Source: Phoronis australis
Taxonomy: Eukaryota; Animalia; Phoronida
Reading direction: 5' to 3'
DNA length: 64,000 bases
NCBI GenBank assembly: GCA_002633005.1
Contig: NMRA01000002.1
Location: 2,934,228-2,998,227 of the forward strand
Shown here: piece by piece, positions 12,501-25,358 of the stretch
How the letters are laid out: the number at the start of each line of letters is the position of its first letter
Numbering within the stretch: position 1 is the first letter of the stretch
Program-made: the position numbers and the translations under genes
The notes under the pieces: model-generated
What the model saw: the letters and a program-made list of their open reading frames with translations, nothing else
The model's database searches: none
Told to the model about the DNA's origin: nothing

Positions 12501-15500
12501 CTTTGTTGGTTCACGGTTACTCAAATCCTGATGGCTGCATCCCCGGTATTACCTCCATCTATGGCGGACGTGGGGGGTGGGGTTCGGTAGAAATAAGGTG
12601 ACATCCAGAGAACGGGGGCTGGGGGTGGTGATAGGAAAGAGGTAAGTTGACAAGGTCGAATTGGTTTGTGCCCCCCCCAAATAATTTTTACCTTCCTACG
12701 GGCCTGCGGTACTAATGGTAACGANAGCAAGGAGGTAGGTTGGCGAAGTCAAATTGATTTGCGCCCCCCCAATAATTTTTCCTTCCTACTGGCCTGTGAC
12801 TTGCAGACCGACCAACTTGGCAGCTAGTGCGTAAATGACTAAACGTGAAACACAGGTATTGGACGATTTGCCAACACCCAGCCCAAACCTGTTTAAGGGT
12901 TGGTTTGCCGACTAGAGAACGATGTGGGTAAAATTTTGTAATTTAAGCGAAGCTCGCCTTTTCAGCTTGCCAAAGCTGTTCTCACACGGAAAATCTGCCA
13001 CGTCCAATCGTGCACAAGGTAACACCCATTGAGACGTCTCCGTGTTTCTCAGTGTTTTGAGAAAGTAAACATTTGACTCTTTGAACCTTGATTGCAACTC
13101 TATGGTTGAAATGATGCCTTCATTGTCCGTCACGATCGTTTAAAACTACGGAAAGGCAATCTGACCGAGTTTCTATGATCGATAAACACAACTCCGGCAC
13201 GTGACCAATGTGAGCTTGCGACCCCAAGACTAGACGCGAGAGTTTGCACAGTGAATTTCCAGTTGTCTGCTCGACTGAGTATTGATCGAGTTTTGTAGTT
13301 ACCAAATCAAGCCTAATTTTGTAATTTTTGTACACGAAGCGAGACTATTGGGGCACGCTTCCAGACAACCAGTGATTTCCCGACCAAACTAATCGACATA
13401 CCCGACAAGTACATTGGTCGCCGCGGTAGTATTCCGATGTGTGTGAGATAACAAATGCATATCCGGTGTTTTATGAAAACTGGTATTCATACGAAACATG
13501 GCAACTTCTAGGATTCGTAAATTTCACCTCTGGACAAGACGCCGTCGGGTGCTAATGATTTCGTGAAATAATTCCTAACACAATTTGGAGTAAACACTAA
13601 CAATAGTTCTATGTACGTTAATCTTGATGGTACTAACGCCAGTTTTTGCTGTCCTTTTATACTCGAAATGTTTTCTTCGGCGACATCTTCCACTTATCGT
13701 TGGCCAATATTACGTTACGCGCGTAAATTAAGTGCGTACATTCATTCGTTTTAACAACGTAAATTAATGATTACGGCGTAAATTGACTTTTAACAATGCA
13801 AATTAATTCTTTGCGACATCAAGTTAAGTATTATGCGCTTGAATTAACTTTTTAACGGCGTAAATTAATGGTTTGCAAATAATTGATTTAATACGCCTTC
13901 AAAAATTAATTTAGGCGGTAAATCATTAATTTACGCCGTTAAAAGGTAACTTACACGGCAAATAATTAATTTACACTGTTAGTGATTGATTCACGCTGTT
14001 TACGAAACTGAAGTTACGCACGTAATTTACGTTCTTAACGTACAGTGATTTGGCCAAAGATGTTCACGCGCATAATTTCGTCTGCTATTTCTGTTTGACG
14101 CAAACCGCACTCACGTGTCGTGCACAATTTGAATAATTTTTAATAATACAGTAGACCCTCTAACGCTTACTAATATTGAGCTTGTTATTATAGTCATTGC
14201 TTTGATCTGAAGTTTTGCAGTAGTTACATATTATCTCCACGACAGCACAACATAATACATCAATGAAACTTTTTTGCGTCAATGACGCGGGGCGCCGCAG
14301 TAAAAATATCACTGTCTTTTCTGCAAACGCAGATTCCTCCCACCGGCAATGGTTCTTGACGACACCGTTGACGTGTTTGTTACTTATGTTTACATAGGTT
14401 TTGTGTATCGTGATTTGCTGCTGTTCCGCCGCTAAATCCACGGTAAAGCCGCGAATTTGTGCCGATGGCTGGATTCCATATGGTCGGTCTTGCTACAAAG
14501 TGATCAGCGCTTCAGTTAACTGGTGGACGGCTAGGGAAAGATGTTATGAGGAAAAGGCCCATCTTGTCGACATCACTTCTAAAGAAGAACAGCTGTTTTT
14601 ACAAATGTATATTTTCGATAAAAAGTCATTTGGGAGTAGAAGATTTTGGATCGGCGCGCATGACCTACACCATGAAGGCCACTTTACTTGGGAATACAAT
14701 GGAAAAGCGATTACCTACTCTAACTTCTTTAAAGGTAGGTATTTATTAGCAAGCTATTCTGAAAAGGGGGTAAACTGTAGATAGGTACTTAATCGGTTGT
14801 AAATCTGAAAATGTGTCTTTGGTTATTTTTGGATGCAAAAGACTTTTTAGAGTTGTTAGCATATATAAAACTACTAAATCTTATCTTTTAAGATTTATTC
14901 CAATGAAGGATTAACATCAGGTGACAGGACGAGGATTGGTTGAACTCATCGAAACATGGTTTAGTATCATTTAGCATTTCAACTTCACCTCTTGAAATCA
15001 ATTAATGCACTCAAAATGGGCCATCCAAACTCCCCGTTGGACCACGTACTACAAAACTGGTCTCAATTTGTTTTTTGCTGCCTGATTTAATGCTCACAAT
15101 ATCCTGGATTAAGAAGAAATTGACAGGTTGCTCGTGTCTGGTACCAAGCTCAAATATGGAGTTACTGGTCAAAATGAACACAACAGTCAAAAAACCCTTG
15201 CGAAATACATATTATCTGAATCATACTAATATGTGAAATGGATTTAACGGGTGAAAATAGAGGTAATAGATCAAAATAGACATATGTTATGCGCCAGGAC
15301 CCGACTATCTACTCATTATGTCCACTTAAGCTTGATCAAAACGAATACAATGGCCATTTTAAACACACTTCGTGAAACACGTATCTAAACCTAGACTAAC
15401 TGATCAAATCCAACTCTTGTAAAAATGTATTTCAAATGGCGAAAACGTGACACTAGGGTTTGGAATCTACTACCGAGTTATACCCGCTTCAGCATACTTG

Positions 15501-15977
15501 ATGATAACGGAATTAAGAATCATTGTGGACGTTTTAGTCCACCTTTGTGAAATACGTGGCGGCGCAGCACTGAAATTAAGTGGGGCGTATAGCCCCCAGT
15601 CCCCCTAGGGTGTGCCGCCCAATGGATTTAACAGGTAGAAATGAACCCAACAATTAAAAATGGCCCCCCCAGTCCCCCTAGGGTGTGCCGCCCAATGGAT
15701 TTAACAGGTAGAAATGAACCCAACAATTAAAAATTGATATAACGAGTCAGACGAAACGCACATTTGTTTAGCAATAAGAAAAATCGGCATATAGGACCTC
15801 ATGCCCATGACTAATGTACTTTTAACATTGATATTCATGTCTTATTTCTTTGAAGGTGAGCCAAACAACGCTGAGGAAGAAGGCTGCTTGGAAATGTCAT
15901 GTCGTATTGGAACCCCTTGTCGCTGGAACGACCGTTCTTGCAACTTGGAGAGAAACAATTTCATTTGTGAAAAATAA
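9501..15977 (+). CDS. C-type lectin copy 2, 157 aa; exons 9501-9515, 14398-14734, 15856-15977
   Basis: Same exon sizes (15/337/122 nt) and GT-AG sites as copy 1; EPN and WND motifs are intact. Confidence 0.9.
9671..12796. mobile_element. 3.1-kb non-coding DNA transposon with 5-bp TSD (TGACT) in lectin-2 intron 1
   Basis: Ends CGGTGCCGTAGGAGG / CCTTCCTACTGGCCTG; empty site at ~4142 in copy 1; internal ~355-bp duplication (11009-11690). Confidence 0.8.
11875..12098. mobile_element. Nested MITE (same family as 6310) with 5-bp TSD CACGG
   Basis: CATGCGCG...CGCGCATG flanked by cacgg on both sides. Confidence 0.8.
13700..14057. mobile_element. MITE-like foldback with GCGTAAATTAAT subrepeats; paralogue at ~20947-21336
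   Basis: TTGGCCAA-bounded inverted arms; shared by lectin copies 2 and 3. Confidence 0.6.
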
Positions 15978-16807
15978 AAATGCCGCTGCCTCTGATAAAC
16001 GTAAAAGCGGATGGAAAATTTCAAGACCAAATAATCCACAGCTCAGTTTATAACAACAACAGAACAACGCTGTCACAGTTCTGAGATGCTCAAATATAGT
16101 TTCTTGCTTTTTAAACTTGTTTGACAAAATGTACGGATTCACGATCCAATAAACGCTTATTCCTAGCCCAATCTGATCACGATCGGAGTACTTGTTTACT
16201 ACAGCAATCAAACCGGCATTGAATATTGAAATAAAATGGCATTTCGGTAGTCCCTTATTATGATCAAAACAGGATGATGAATAAGCAGAACCATTAGTGA
16301 ACTCCAATAGCCTAGTCCCAGCATTCTCGGTTTCCGCTTTAGAGGTACCTGAAAGATCGCCCGTCATTAGATATGAACCACTGGCGTCTTCAGCTTCTGA
16401 TCGTCTCCAGTACATTATATATATTTGTACAATGTAAAAGCATGTACCCCTACGTATATAGTGTATTGGGGACGATCGGAAGCCGAGGACGCCCGTCATA
16501 CCAAGCAGCCCACTTTTGTCTAAAAGGATGCAGTTTTTATTAATATTATTATCAATTATGAGTTAAACAATTGATGAATATCAAAAAGTCTCGGCGAAGA
16601 CTAATCGATGAACTGCGAATGCCAATACATGCAGAATGTAGCCTCGTTCAAGCAGTCAGGGCGTAGTCGGCTTCCTTAAGGCAAACTAAGACCAGCCTAG
16701 TTTCTGTCGGACTGCAATGAAAAGTCACATGAGTTGATACTCGGACAGTGTTATAGTAAAAGTGTTGCCTTTACTCAACGGACATGACCATAGAATTACA
16801 CGTATTA

Positions 16808-18480
16808 CAAGATTAACACGGGGGCGTTGACATGTGCATGCGATACGTTTCTAAGGTTCTCTAGGAGGTGCTGCAGTACTCGAATCAGCCCGAAAAATCA
16901 AATGCTGCCGGCACATTGTCATCATACACCACTGAGTCAAGTTTCAATGAAATCTGTCAATCAATGCTCTAGATATAATCCGGAAACATTCTTCCCCTAA
17001 ACAACACTTGGAAAGCCCCTTTGGAAACAAAATGGTGCCGACACATGGTCATCATATATAAAACTACGTAAAGTTTCATTGAAATCCATCAGTTGGTTTT
17101 CTGCACACCATCTAGAAACAATCTTTCCTCAAACGACTTGAAAAGCTCCTTGTCTCTGCTGCGGTGGACAACTTGAATCCACTCCGAAAACTAAGAATCC
17201 GGCACATTTACACCACACACTGTGTAAGTCTGTGTTAAGTTTCGTTGACACTGCAGTACAGAACTGCTCCTTCCTCTAACACCACATGGCCATTAGGGGG
17301 CACGGCAGTAGTCGAAATGACGTAAAAATTAACGATGATGGTGTAATGACATCACAGGCTTCTGTGGCAAGTTTCATTAGAATCCATCCATAGGGTTAAA
17401 ACATATCACCCGGAAATAGTCACTAGGAGGTGCTAGTGCAGTGGTCGAGTCAAGTGAAAATCAAATGGTGCCGGCACATTAACATTGTACAACTCTTGTG
17501 TCAAGTTTTATGGAAAAATGGGTATTATGGAAATCCATCAGTCGGTTATCTAGATCATCAAACGGAAATGATCTTCCGTAAAACAACACTTTTCAAAAGC
17601 TACCTTGACGAAAACAAAATGGCCATTAGGAGGTGTTGCAATGGTCGAATCTTCCCGACTGATACCCGCGCATTGACATCATACACCTCTGCCTTAAGTT
17701 TCATTGCAATCCCTCGGTTCTCTACAGCCACTCTAACACAGAATGGCCACTAAGACGAGCTGCAGTCTTGAATCCGCCCGAACATTGAATGGCTCTGGCG
17801 CAATATCATAATATACCTCTGTGTCAAGATCATGAAATCCATCAATCGGTTCTTTAGATATCACCCTAAAACGCTCTTTCCCCTAACAACAGTTGAAAAG
17901 CCCCATGTTGAAAACTAAATGGGCACTAGGGAAGGCTTAGAGGTTTAATCAGCCCAAAATTTAATGGTAATGCCGCATTGCAGGCACACAACCTGAAAAA
18001 TGGAGCACTCGAATTTTTGAAATGTGGACCCTTTACTAAGACTTACGGGGTACCTGAATTGTGCATGGGCCGAATTTTGGTAGCTCCTGCCTTTTTAGTG
18101 GATTTTTGTCTCGTTTTCTACTTTTCTGTGGCTTTTGTTTCTCTGTGGCAAACCTTTTAGCCCATTGCCCCGATCACATACCTTTGTGTCAACTTTCATT
18201 GAATTTCTTCCTTGTATTCTCCACATATCACCCGGAAACCCTCACACAAAATAGCCACTTGTTGGCGCTGTAGCAGTCAAATCCGCCAGAACATTAATGT
18301 TCTTTGCCAAGTTTCAATGAAATATGTCAATTGGTTCTTTAGCTATAATCTGGAATCGCTCTTCTCCCGAACGACACCTCAAAAGCCCATGTTGAAAACA
18401 ACATAGACAATAGGTGCTACAGTGGCCAAATCGCTAAACAATATTGGTGTCGCCGAATTGCCATCACAAAGCTCTAACGA
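16808..18480. repeat. HINE-like tandem array downstream of lectin 2
   Basis: Same units; begins ACAAGATTAACACGGGG. Confidence 0.7.
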
Positions 18481-21400
18481 AGTTGGTTAGGCAGGTTCAG
18501 GTCTCTGTTTTTTGAACATCGAGTCGCTGATGCGGTGTTTTTCATTAGTTGCTCACTTTATTTTCAGAAAAGAAAAAGTCTGTCTGAGACGAGCAAAAAT
18601 GGGGTTTGCCCTAGTACTCGCTTGGCGTTTCAAATCTTGTTCACTCCTGCTTATGTGGAATGTTACAAAGACGGTCATTTTTGAAAAAAATACCTGGCGT
18701 ATCCTTAGATAATTTTTGAAAACAATTGTTTGGAAAGTAAGACAAAATTTCTTGTGACAGTATCATGGATCCAATTGCAGTTAGCATAGAGTTTGTTAAA
18801 CAAACCAGTATAACTTCATTAATTTTTCAGACTGGTGGTTTAACTATTTTCCACACAGAACCCCCAAAAATTGTTGAACACCATCAATTAAATGATTCAA
18901 AAAGCATAAAATGTGACTGCTAAAAACGAATTTCATAAAGAATCAGTCGAATCAACCCCGAAATATTCACCTAAATCTACAGTCACCCAAAAATAAAAAA
19001 TGGCGCACATCTCGGCTGCACGTCCCACTATCTGCACGCATCGGTACAGACATCACTTCCCACTTGAATGAAGAAGAAATTGTGATAAAATTTTCAACAG
19101 TTAAGAAGTTGAGACCAATTTTAGAGGTGATAATGAACTCTAAATCAAAAGCTCTGACTGTAAGCATGACAGCTGCTTTAAATCATACAAAAAATTGTAC
19201 TTTTCTGGCATTGAAACAGAAAAAAAATGTTAAAAGAGGCCTATGGCATATACGTATCTTGCACAATTGGTTTGTCGTTATAACTCTTATCATATACTTT
19301 TGTTGACATTGGAGGCAAATGAAACGACACAAGAATTGTGTTATGGGTATTTGTTTTATGGTGGTGTAATGGCAATTTCCGTGTCACAATTCTAGTAGCA
19401 ATTTAACATAAGTGGTGGCACTTACCAGATGTCTACGTGATATCGCAAAACAAAACGGAAACATTGGAGACGATGTAATATATGCTCTGCTCTTGGAACT
19501 TCTACTTTCTTCATCAGAGTAATTGCTTTTCCACACAACCTCATCGTATACCTACATGTTGCCTCGACGGTTGAACGAACTGAACTGCCGTGACAAGCAA
19601 CATGGAGAGCCGGATCAGTCGAAATAACGGCATGTCGGTTCCTCTCAAGTTTAGAAATTGTTACGAATCTGACTAAAAAACAAGATGAGATCACTTTTAC
19701 AGCAGCAATTGGTTTATTATTATTTGATCGGTACGCATGTGTCAGAGTGGAATATGTTTTGTTTCTGGTTACAATTGTATCAAGTAGGTAACAATCTACC
19801 CGATGGATGGATATACTGTGTGCCCGATTGCATACCAGGTAGGCTCGAGCAAAACGACAAATGGGATGTAAACTACCAAATGGGTACACAAAACCACCAG
19901 AGGGCCTCTTACGGCCCACAAAATCCATGCCAGGTAGACTACTTATTAGCCTACATTCACAAAATACGTGCACGCACAGATACACTCACAGGCACACATG
20001 CGCACAAACACATATAGTATTTTGTCTGTCTTTATGTGCTAGAAAATACCACGTGAAGCTGCAAAGAAACAAAGTAAAAATATCTATTAACATTTTGATT
20101 TTATAAAATACAAAAGCAATTGAAACACAGCTAGTGGACAATTTGCCATCACTCAGTCCAAACCTGTTTAAGGGTTGGTTTACAGACTAGAGAACGATGC
20201 GGGTTAAATTTGGTAACTTAAGTTTGCCAAAGCTGTTATCACACGAAAATCTTGCACGTCTAACCGTGCGCAAGGTTACACCACTTGAGGCGCCTCTATT
20301 TCTCAGTGTTTTGAGAAAGTAAACATTTGAATCTTTGAACCTTGATTGCAACTCTATGGTTGAAATGATGCCTTCCTTGTCCGTCACGATCGTTTAAAAC
20401 TACGGAAACGCAATCTGACCGAGTTTCTACCATCGAAAAATATGACTCCAGCACGCGACCAATTTTAGCTTGCGACCCCGGGACTAGGCACGAGAGTATG
20501 AACAGTGAATTTCCAGTTGTCTGCTCGACTGAGTATTGATCGAGTTTTGTAGTTACCAAATCAAGCGTAATTTTGTAATTTTTGTACATGAAGCGAGACT
20601 CTTGGGGCACGCTTCCAGACAACCAGCGATTTTCCGGCCAAATTAATCAACATACCCGACAAATACATTGGTCGCCGCGGTAGTATTCCTATGTGTGTGG
20701 GATAACCAATGCATACCCGGTGTTTTATGAAAACTGGTATTCATAAGAAACATGGCAACTTCTACGATTCGTAAATTTCACATCTGGACAAGACGCCGTC
20801 GGGTGCTAATGATTTTGTAAAATAATTCCTAACACACTTTGGAATAAACACTAACAATACTTCTATATACGTTAATCTTGATGGTACTAACGCCAGTTTT
20901 TGCTGTACTCGAAATGTTTTCTTTGGCGACATCTTCCACTTATCGTTGGCCAATATTACGATACGCACGTGAATTAAATGCGTAAATTCATACTTGTTCA
21001 CAGCGTAAATTAATGATTACGGCGTAAATTGACTTTTAGCAGTGTAAGTTAATTCTTGTAACATCAGATTAATTATTATGCGAGTGGATTAACTTTTAAC
21101 CGCGTAAATAAATGGTTTGCAAATAACTTCTTTACGCATTCAAAAGCTAAGTTACGCTGCAAATAATTAATTTACGCCGTTAAAGGGTAACTTACACGCA
21201 AATGATTAATTTACGCCGTTAAAGGGTAACTTACACGCAAATAATTAACTTACGCTGTTAGTGATTAATAAACGCCGTTAATGAAATTTAAGTTACTCAC
21301 GTAATTTACGTGCTTAACGTACAGTGATTTGGCCAAAGATATTCACGCGCATAATTTCGTTTGCTATTTCTGTTTGACGCAAACCACACTCACCTATCGT

Positions 21401-21651
21401 GCACAGTTTGAATCTTTTTTCATAGTATAGTAGACCTCTAACGCTTCCTAATGTTGAGCTTGTTATTACAGTCATTGTTTTGATCGGATGTTTTGCAGTA
21501 GTTACATATTTTCTCCACGACAACACAACATCAATGAAACTTTTTTGCGTCAATGACGCGGGGCACCGCCCTAAAAATATCACTGCCTTTTCTGCGAACG
21601 CAATGGTTCTTGTTGACACCGTTGACGTGTTTGTTACTTCTCTTTACACAG

Positions 21652-22615
21652 GTTTTGTGTATCGTGATTTGTTGCTGTTCCGCCGCTAAATCCACGGTAA
21701 AGTCGCGAACTTGTGCCGATGGCTGGATTCCATATGGTGGGTCTTGCTACAAAGTGATCAGCGCTTCAGTTAACTGGTGGACGGCTAGGGAAAGATGTTA
21801 TGCGGAAAAGGCCCATCTTGTCGTCATCACTTCTAAAGAAGAGCAACTGTTTTTACAAATGCACATTTTCAATAAAAAGTCACTTGGGATTAGAAGATTT
21901 TGGATCGGCGCGCATGACTTACACCACGAAGGGCACTTTACTTGGGAATATAATGGAAAAGCGATTACCTACTCTAACTTCTTCAAAGGTAGGTATTTAT
22001 TAGGAAGCTATTCTGAAAAGGGGGTAAACTGTAGATAGGGACTTAATCGGTTGTACATCTGGAAATGTGTCTTTGTTTTTTTGGGTGCAAAAGACTTTTT
22101 AGAGTTGTTAGCATTGAGAAGAGTTATAAAACAAGTAAATTTTATCTCTCAAGATTTATTCCAATGATGGATTTGCATGAGGTGACAAGACGAGGACTGG
22201 TTGAACTCATCGAAGCAGGGTTTAGTATCATTTAGCATTTCAACTTCACCTCTTGAAATCAATTAATACACTCAAAATGGGCCATCCAAACTCCCCGTTG
22301 GACCACTTACTACAAAACTGGTCTCAGTTTGTTCTTTGCTGCCTGATTAAATGCTCACAATATCCTGGGTTAAGAAAAAATTGACAGGTTGCTCGTGTCT
22401 GGTACCAAGCTCAAATATGGAGTTACTGGTTAAAATGAACACAACGAGTCAAAACCACCCTTGCGAAATACATATTATCTTATTTCTTTGAAGGTGAGCC
22501 AAGCAACGCTGGGGAAGAAGGCTGCTTGGAAATGGCATGTCATATTGGAACCCCTTGTCGCTGGAACGACCGCTCTTGCAACTTGAATAAAAACAATTTC
22601 ATTTGTGAAAAATAA
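21652..22615 (+). CDS. C-type lectin copy 3 (exons 21652-21988, 22494-22615), lacks its own ATG exon; EPS motif; possible pseudogene or alternatively started/spliced gene
   Basis: Both exons are open with intact splice sites. The region homologous to exon 1 is deleted at ~20121. Confidence 0.75.
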
Positions 22616-23437
22616 ACATGCCGCTGACTCTGATAAACGTAAAAGCGGATGGAAATTTTCAAGACCAAATAATCCACAGCTCTGTTTATGACAACAACAG
22701 AACAACGCTGTCACAGTTCTGAGATGCTCAAACAGTGTTTCTTGCCTTTTAAACTTGTTTGACAAAATGTATTGATTCATGATCCAATAAACGCTTATTC
22801 CTGCCCCAATCTGATCACAACAATCTGAGTACTTGTCTACAACAACAATCAAACCGGCATTGAATATTGAAATAAAATTGCATTTCGGTAGTCCCTCGAT
22901 CAAAACAGTATGATGAATAAGCAGAACCATTAGTGAACTACAATAGCCTAGTCCCAGCATTCTCGGTTTCCGCTTTAATAGAGGTATCTGAAAGAACGTC
23001 CGTCATTAAATACGAAGCACTAGCGCCCTCGGCTTCTGATCGTCTCCAATAGACTATATATTTATAGAATGTAAAAGCACGTACCCCTACGTATATAGTG
23101 TATTGGGGACGATCGGAAGCTGAGGACGCCTGTGATACGAAGCAGCCCACTTGTGTTTAAAAGGGTGCAGTTTTTATTGATATTATTATCAGTGCTGAGT
23201 TAAACGGTTTAAGAATATCAAAAAATGTTGGGCTTGACTAATCGATCAACTGCCAATGCCAATACATGAAGAATGTTCAAAGCACCCAGGGCGTAGTCGG
23301 CTTCCTTAAGGTAAACTAAAAACAGACTAGTTTATGTAGGTCTGCTTTGGAAAGTCACATGAGTTGATACTCGGACAGTGTGACAGTAAAAGTGTTGCCT
23401 TTACTCAACGGACATGACCATAGGATTAAACGTATTA

Positions 23438-25358
23438 CAAGATTAACACGGGGGCTCAGTGACATCATAGACTATAGTACATAATCTATGGTGACATGCG
23501 TATACGATATGTTTCTAAGGGCCTCTTAGAGGCTCTAGGAGGTGCTGCAGTACTCGAATCCGCCCGAAAACCAAATGCTGCAGGCGCATTGTCATCATAC
23601 ACCACTGAGTCAAGTTACATTGACATCTGTCAATCAATGCTCTAGAAATAATCCGGAAACATTCTTCCCCTAAACAACACTTGGAAAGCCCCTTTGGAAA
23701 CAAAATGGTGTCGGCACATGGTCATCATATATAGAACTACGTAAAGTTTCATCGAAATCCATCAGTCGGTTTTCTACATACGATCTGGAAACAGTCTTTC
23801 ACAAACGACTTGAAAAGCTCCTTTAACAATGCTGTAGTGGACAAATCCACCCCGGAAGGCTCCGGCGCATTTACATCACACATTTTGTAAGTCTGTGTTA
23901 AGTTTTGTTGACACGGATCCTCCCTCAATTAAACACCACATGGCCACTAGGGAGTGCTGCAGTGGATGGCCACTAGGAGCAGAGACCGTAGAGAGGGTTA
24001 GCGTCTTTGCTAGGAGGTATTGCAATACATGGCCACTAGGGAGTGCTGCAGTGGATGGCCACTAGGAGGTATTGCAATACATGGCCACTAGGTGCTGCAG
24101 TAGTCGAAACGAGGTAAAAAAATTAACGGTAATGGCGCATTGACATCACAGGCCCCTGTGCCAAGTTTCATTAAAATCCATCTATAAGGTCAAAAGGTAT
24201 CACCCGGAAATAGCAACTAGGAGGTGCTAGTGCAGTGGTCGAGTCAAGTGAAAATCAAATGGTACCGGCACATTGACATCGTATAACTCAAGTTTTATGG
24301 AAAATGGGTATTATGGAAATCCATCAGTCGGTTCTCTAGATATCATACGGAAATGATCTTACCCCAAACAACATCATACACCTCTGCCTTAAGTTTCATT
24401 GCAATCCCTCGGTTCTCTACAGCCACTCTAACACAGAATGGCCACTAAGACGAGCTGCACTCTTGAATCCGCCCGAACATTGAATGGCTCTGGCGCAAGA
24501 TCATAATATACCTCTGTGTCATGATTATGAAATCCATCAATCGGTTCTTTAGATATCACCCGAAAACGCTCTTCCCCTAAAACAGTTGAAACGCCCCATG
24601 TAGAAAACTAAATGGGCACTGGGGTATGCTTCAAGGTTTAATCCGCCCAAAAAATTAATGGTGATGCCGCATTGCATGCGCGCACCCAACCTAAAAAATG
24701 GATGGCTCGAATTTTTGAAATGTGAACCCTTTACTAAGATTTACGGAGTACCTTCAGAGGTATTTTAGTGGATTTTTGTTTCGTTTTCTACTTTTCTGCA
24801 ATTTTTGTTTCTCTGAGGCGAACCTTTTTGCCTACTTTCCCAAATGGGTGCGCACATGCATTGCCCCCTATCACATAACTTTGTGTAAACTTTCATTGAA
24901 TTCCTTCCGTCGATTCTCCAGAAACGCTCACACAAAATAGCCACTTGGAAGTGCTGCAGTAGTCGCATCCGCCCGAACATTAAATGAATACTCTTTGCTA
25001 AGTTTCAATGAAATCTGTCAGTTGATTCATTAAGATATAATCTGGAATCGCTCTTCTCCCGAACAAGACCTCAAAAGCCCACGTCGAAAACAACACAGGC
25101 AATAGGAGGTGCTACAGTAGCCGAATCGCTATAAAATATTGGTGTCGCCGCATTGCCATCACAAACCTTTGCGTCAACGTTCATAGAAACCCTTCACTCG
25201 GTATTCTACCTATCTTTCAGAACCGTTCTCACACAAAACGACTACTTGGAGGCACTGCAGTTGTCGAATCCGGCCGAAAATCATATGGTGCCGGTACAAT
25301 GTTATCATTTTGAGATATCGAGCGGACACCCGGACAATGTGATACGTATGTGTGTGAG
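23438..25358. repeat. HINE-like tandem array downstream of lectin 3 (longest copy)
   Basis: Same units; ends TTTTGAGATATCGAGCGGACACCCGGACA. Confidence 0.7.
24675..24858. mobile_element. MITE (6310 family) with 5-bp TSD CATTG; degraded paralogous copy at ~17980-18161
   Basis: CATGCGCGCACCC...GGGTGCGCACATG flanked by cattg. Confidence 0.8.

Noticed and set aside
15897-16499. 200-aa minus-strand ORF and its paralogues (7086-7424, 22475-22960)
   Set aside because: Antisense to lectin exon 3/3' UTR; frames break between copies; no recognisable domain.
19422-19985. 187-aa minus-strand ORF
   Set aside because: Homologous sequence in units 1 and 2 is disrupted by indels and insertions; no protein-like motifs.
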